Source: a virus
DNA: 64,000 bases
Virus record (IMG/VR): IMGVR_UViG_3300017991_000009
Span: 31,167 to 95,166 of that record
Reading direction: 5' to 3' (one strand)
The notes below the pieces were generated by a model. It was not told the DNA's origin. It did not search any database and saw nothing but the letters and a program-made list of their open reading frames with translations. Positions 62,989 through 64,000 of the stretch are shown one piece after another. The position numbers and the translations under genes are program-made. Each line of letters begins with the position of its first letter. The first letter of the stretch is position 1.

Positions 62989-64000
62989 ATGGCCAGGTAC
63001 CAGAACGGTCTATTCCTCGAGAAGTCAGAGAGCAACGTAGGCGCAGCCTTTGCTCGTTGGCTGTTCGAGTTTCTGACGCAGGTTGTTGGGTGGGCGGTGC
63101 ACGACAAGGCGGTAGGGACGAAGTGGGACAACTACATCGCCTCGGGCTCGAGCACTGCAACGACCTCGGACACCGAGACGATCGACATCACCTCACCAGG
63201 CTATGCCTTCGCCCTCTCGGATGTCGGACGCTACCTCACCTTGGTGGGCTTCTCCACACCCGAGGAAGATGGTATCTACCGCATCCTAGAGTACGTATCG
63301 GTTCTGGGGGACGTATATACGATCAAGGTGGATAAACGGATGGGGCCCCACTCCGATGGCTTCACCGCGGCCGAGACCGTGGACTGGGCACTCTGGAGTT
63401 CTGACGACGCTTACACACCAGACCAGGGAGACATAGCGGTGGTGATCGGCAAGGGGAAGACTGGCGCCGGCACCACGACGGGCGACGGTACTGGTGACGA
63501 CATCTCAATGGTAGGCTCGGTAGCGACCCTCACCGACGCGGGTGCCAACTTCCAGACCTCTGACGTGGGCAAGGACATCACGATCAGCAACGCCTCCAAC
63601 CCGGGGAACAACGGCACCTTTGCCATCGCCTCTCGGATCAGTGCTACTCAGATCACCTACAACAACGCCTCTGGCGTGAACGAGACCTCTGCCTTTGACT
63701 GGCAGATTACCTACGATTATCACCTCAAAATAGAGGTGGACAGTACCACTAACAGCCGGTACCCCAAGTTGGAGGTTTCTCCATTCGCTAGCTGGGACAA
63801 CGTTGGCCACGCCTGGACCGACAGCCGCTATACCTCGGAGATCACCTATGGTGATGGCGGGGACAACTCGGGTAGGCAGTCGCGAGTGGTTTGCTGGGCC
63901 GAGGCTGATGAGTACAATCTGCGGGTGGTGCACCGAGGCTGGACGATGCCCGGATACGGATACCTGCACTGGTACTATACCCTCGCCGGCGAGATCGATA
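62989..64000 (+). CDS. putative tail fibre/baseplate protein, paralog B (3'-truncated; absent from the ORF track)
   Basis: ATG at 62989 with AGGAG RBS; MARYQNGL...ARWLFEFLTQVVGW...KWDNYIASG; frame appears open to the window end. Confidence 0.7.
   Translation, partial: MARYQNGLFLEKSESNVGAAFARWLFEFLTQVVGWAVHDKAVGTKWDNYIASGSSTATTSDTETIDITSPGYAFALSDVGRYLTLVGFSTPEEDGIYRILEYVSVLGDVYTIKVDKRMGPHSDGFTAAETVDWALWSSDDAYTPDQGDIAVVIGKGKTGAGTTTGDGTGDDISMVGSVATLTDAGANFQTSDVGKDITISNASNPGNNGTFAIASRISATQITYNNASGVNETSAFDWQITYDYHLKIEVDSTTNSRYPKLEVSPFASWDNVGHAWTDSRYTSEITYGDGGDNSGRQSRVVCWAEADEYNLRVVHRGWTMPGYGYLHWYYTLAGEID

Noticed and set aside
1-64000. Prophage boundary or host DNA
   Set aside because: No integrase, att site or run of housekeeping genes; host-like genes are embedded in phage operons

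Overview
A 64 kb segment of a tailed dsDNA phage with a contractile tail (myovirus-type), roughly 55-60% GC by eye. Genes lie almost entirely on the + strand and both window ends fall inside genes. 1-11 kb: recombination/DNA metabolism (SbcD/Mre11, SbcC/Rad50, ParB-methyltransferase fusion, RuvC-like), a host-like KhpA, an AdoMetDC-like enzyme and envelope enzymes. 11.4-13.1 kb: a putative TerS/HTH gene, a non-coding region with 11 GTAWWTAC boxes and a sharp C-rich to G-rich strand switch. 13-21 kb: small early/accessory genes. 21-38 kb: terminase, portal and head genes. 38-64 kb: neck, sheath, tube, -1 frameshifted chaperone, tape measure, baseplate and fibre-like genes. The most notable feature is a nine-gene 7-deazaguanine cluster (27.7-33.9 kb) inside the head operon: queD, queE, folE, PIG-L deacetylase fused to a DpdL-like T-fold, radical SAM, PP-loop protein, degenerate QueE, glycosyltransferase and a DpdA/TGT-like enzyme, with no queC. 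The DpdA-like enzyme ends in a Lys|Ser site and a His-rich motif that appears to continue in the overlapping prohead protease ORF. This suggests a procapsid-loaded DNA-modifying enzyme and possibly an undescribed hypermodified base. All family calls come from motif recognition, not database searches.
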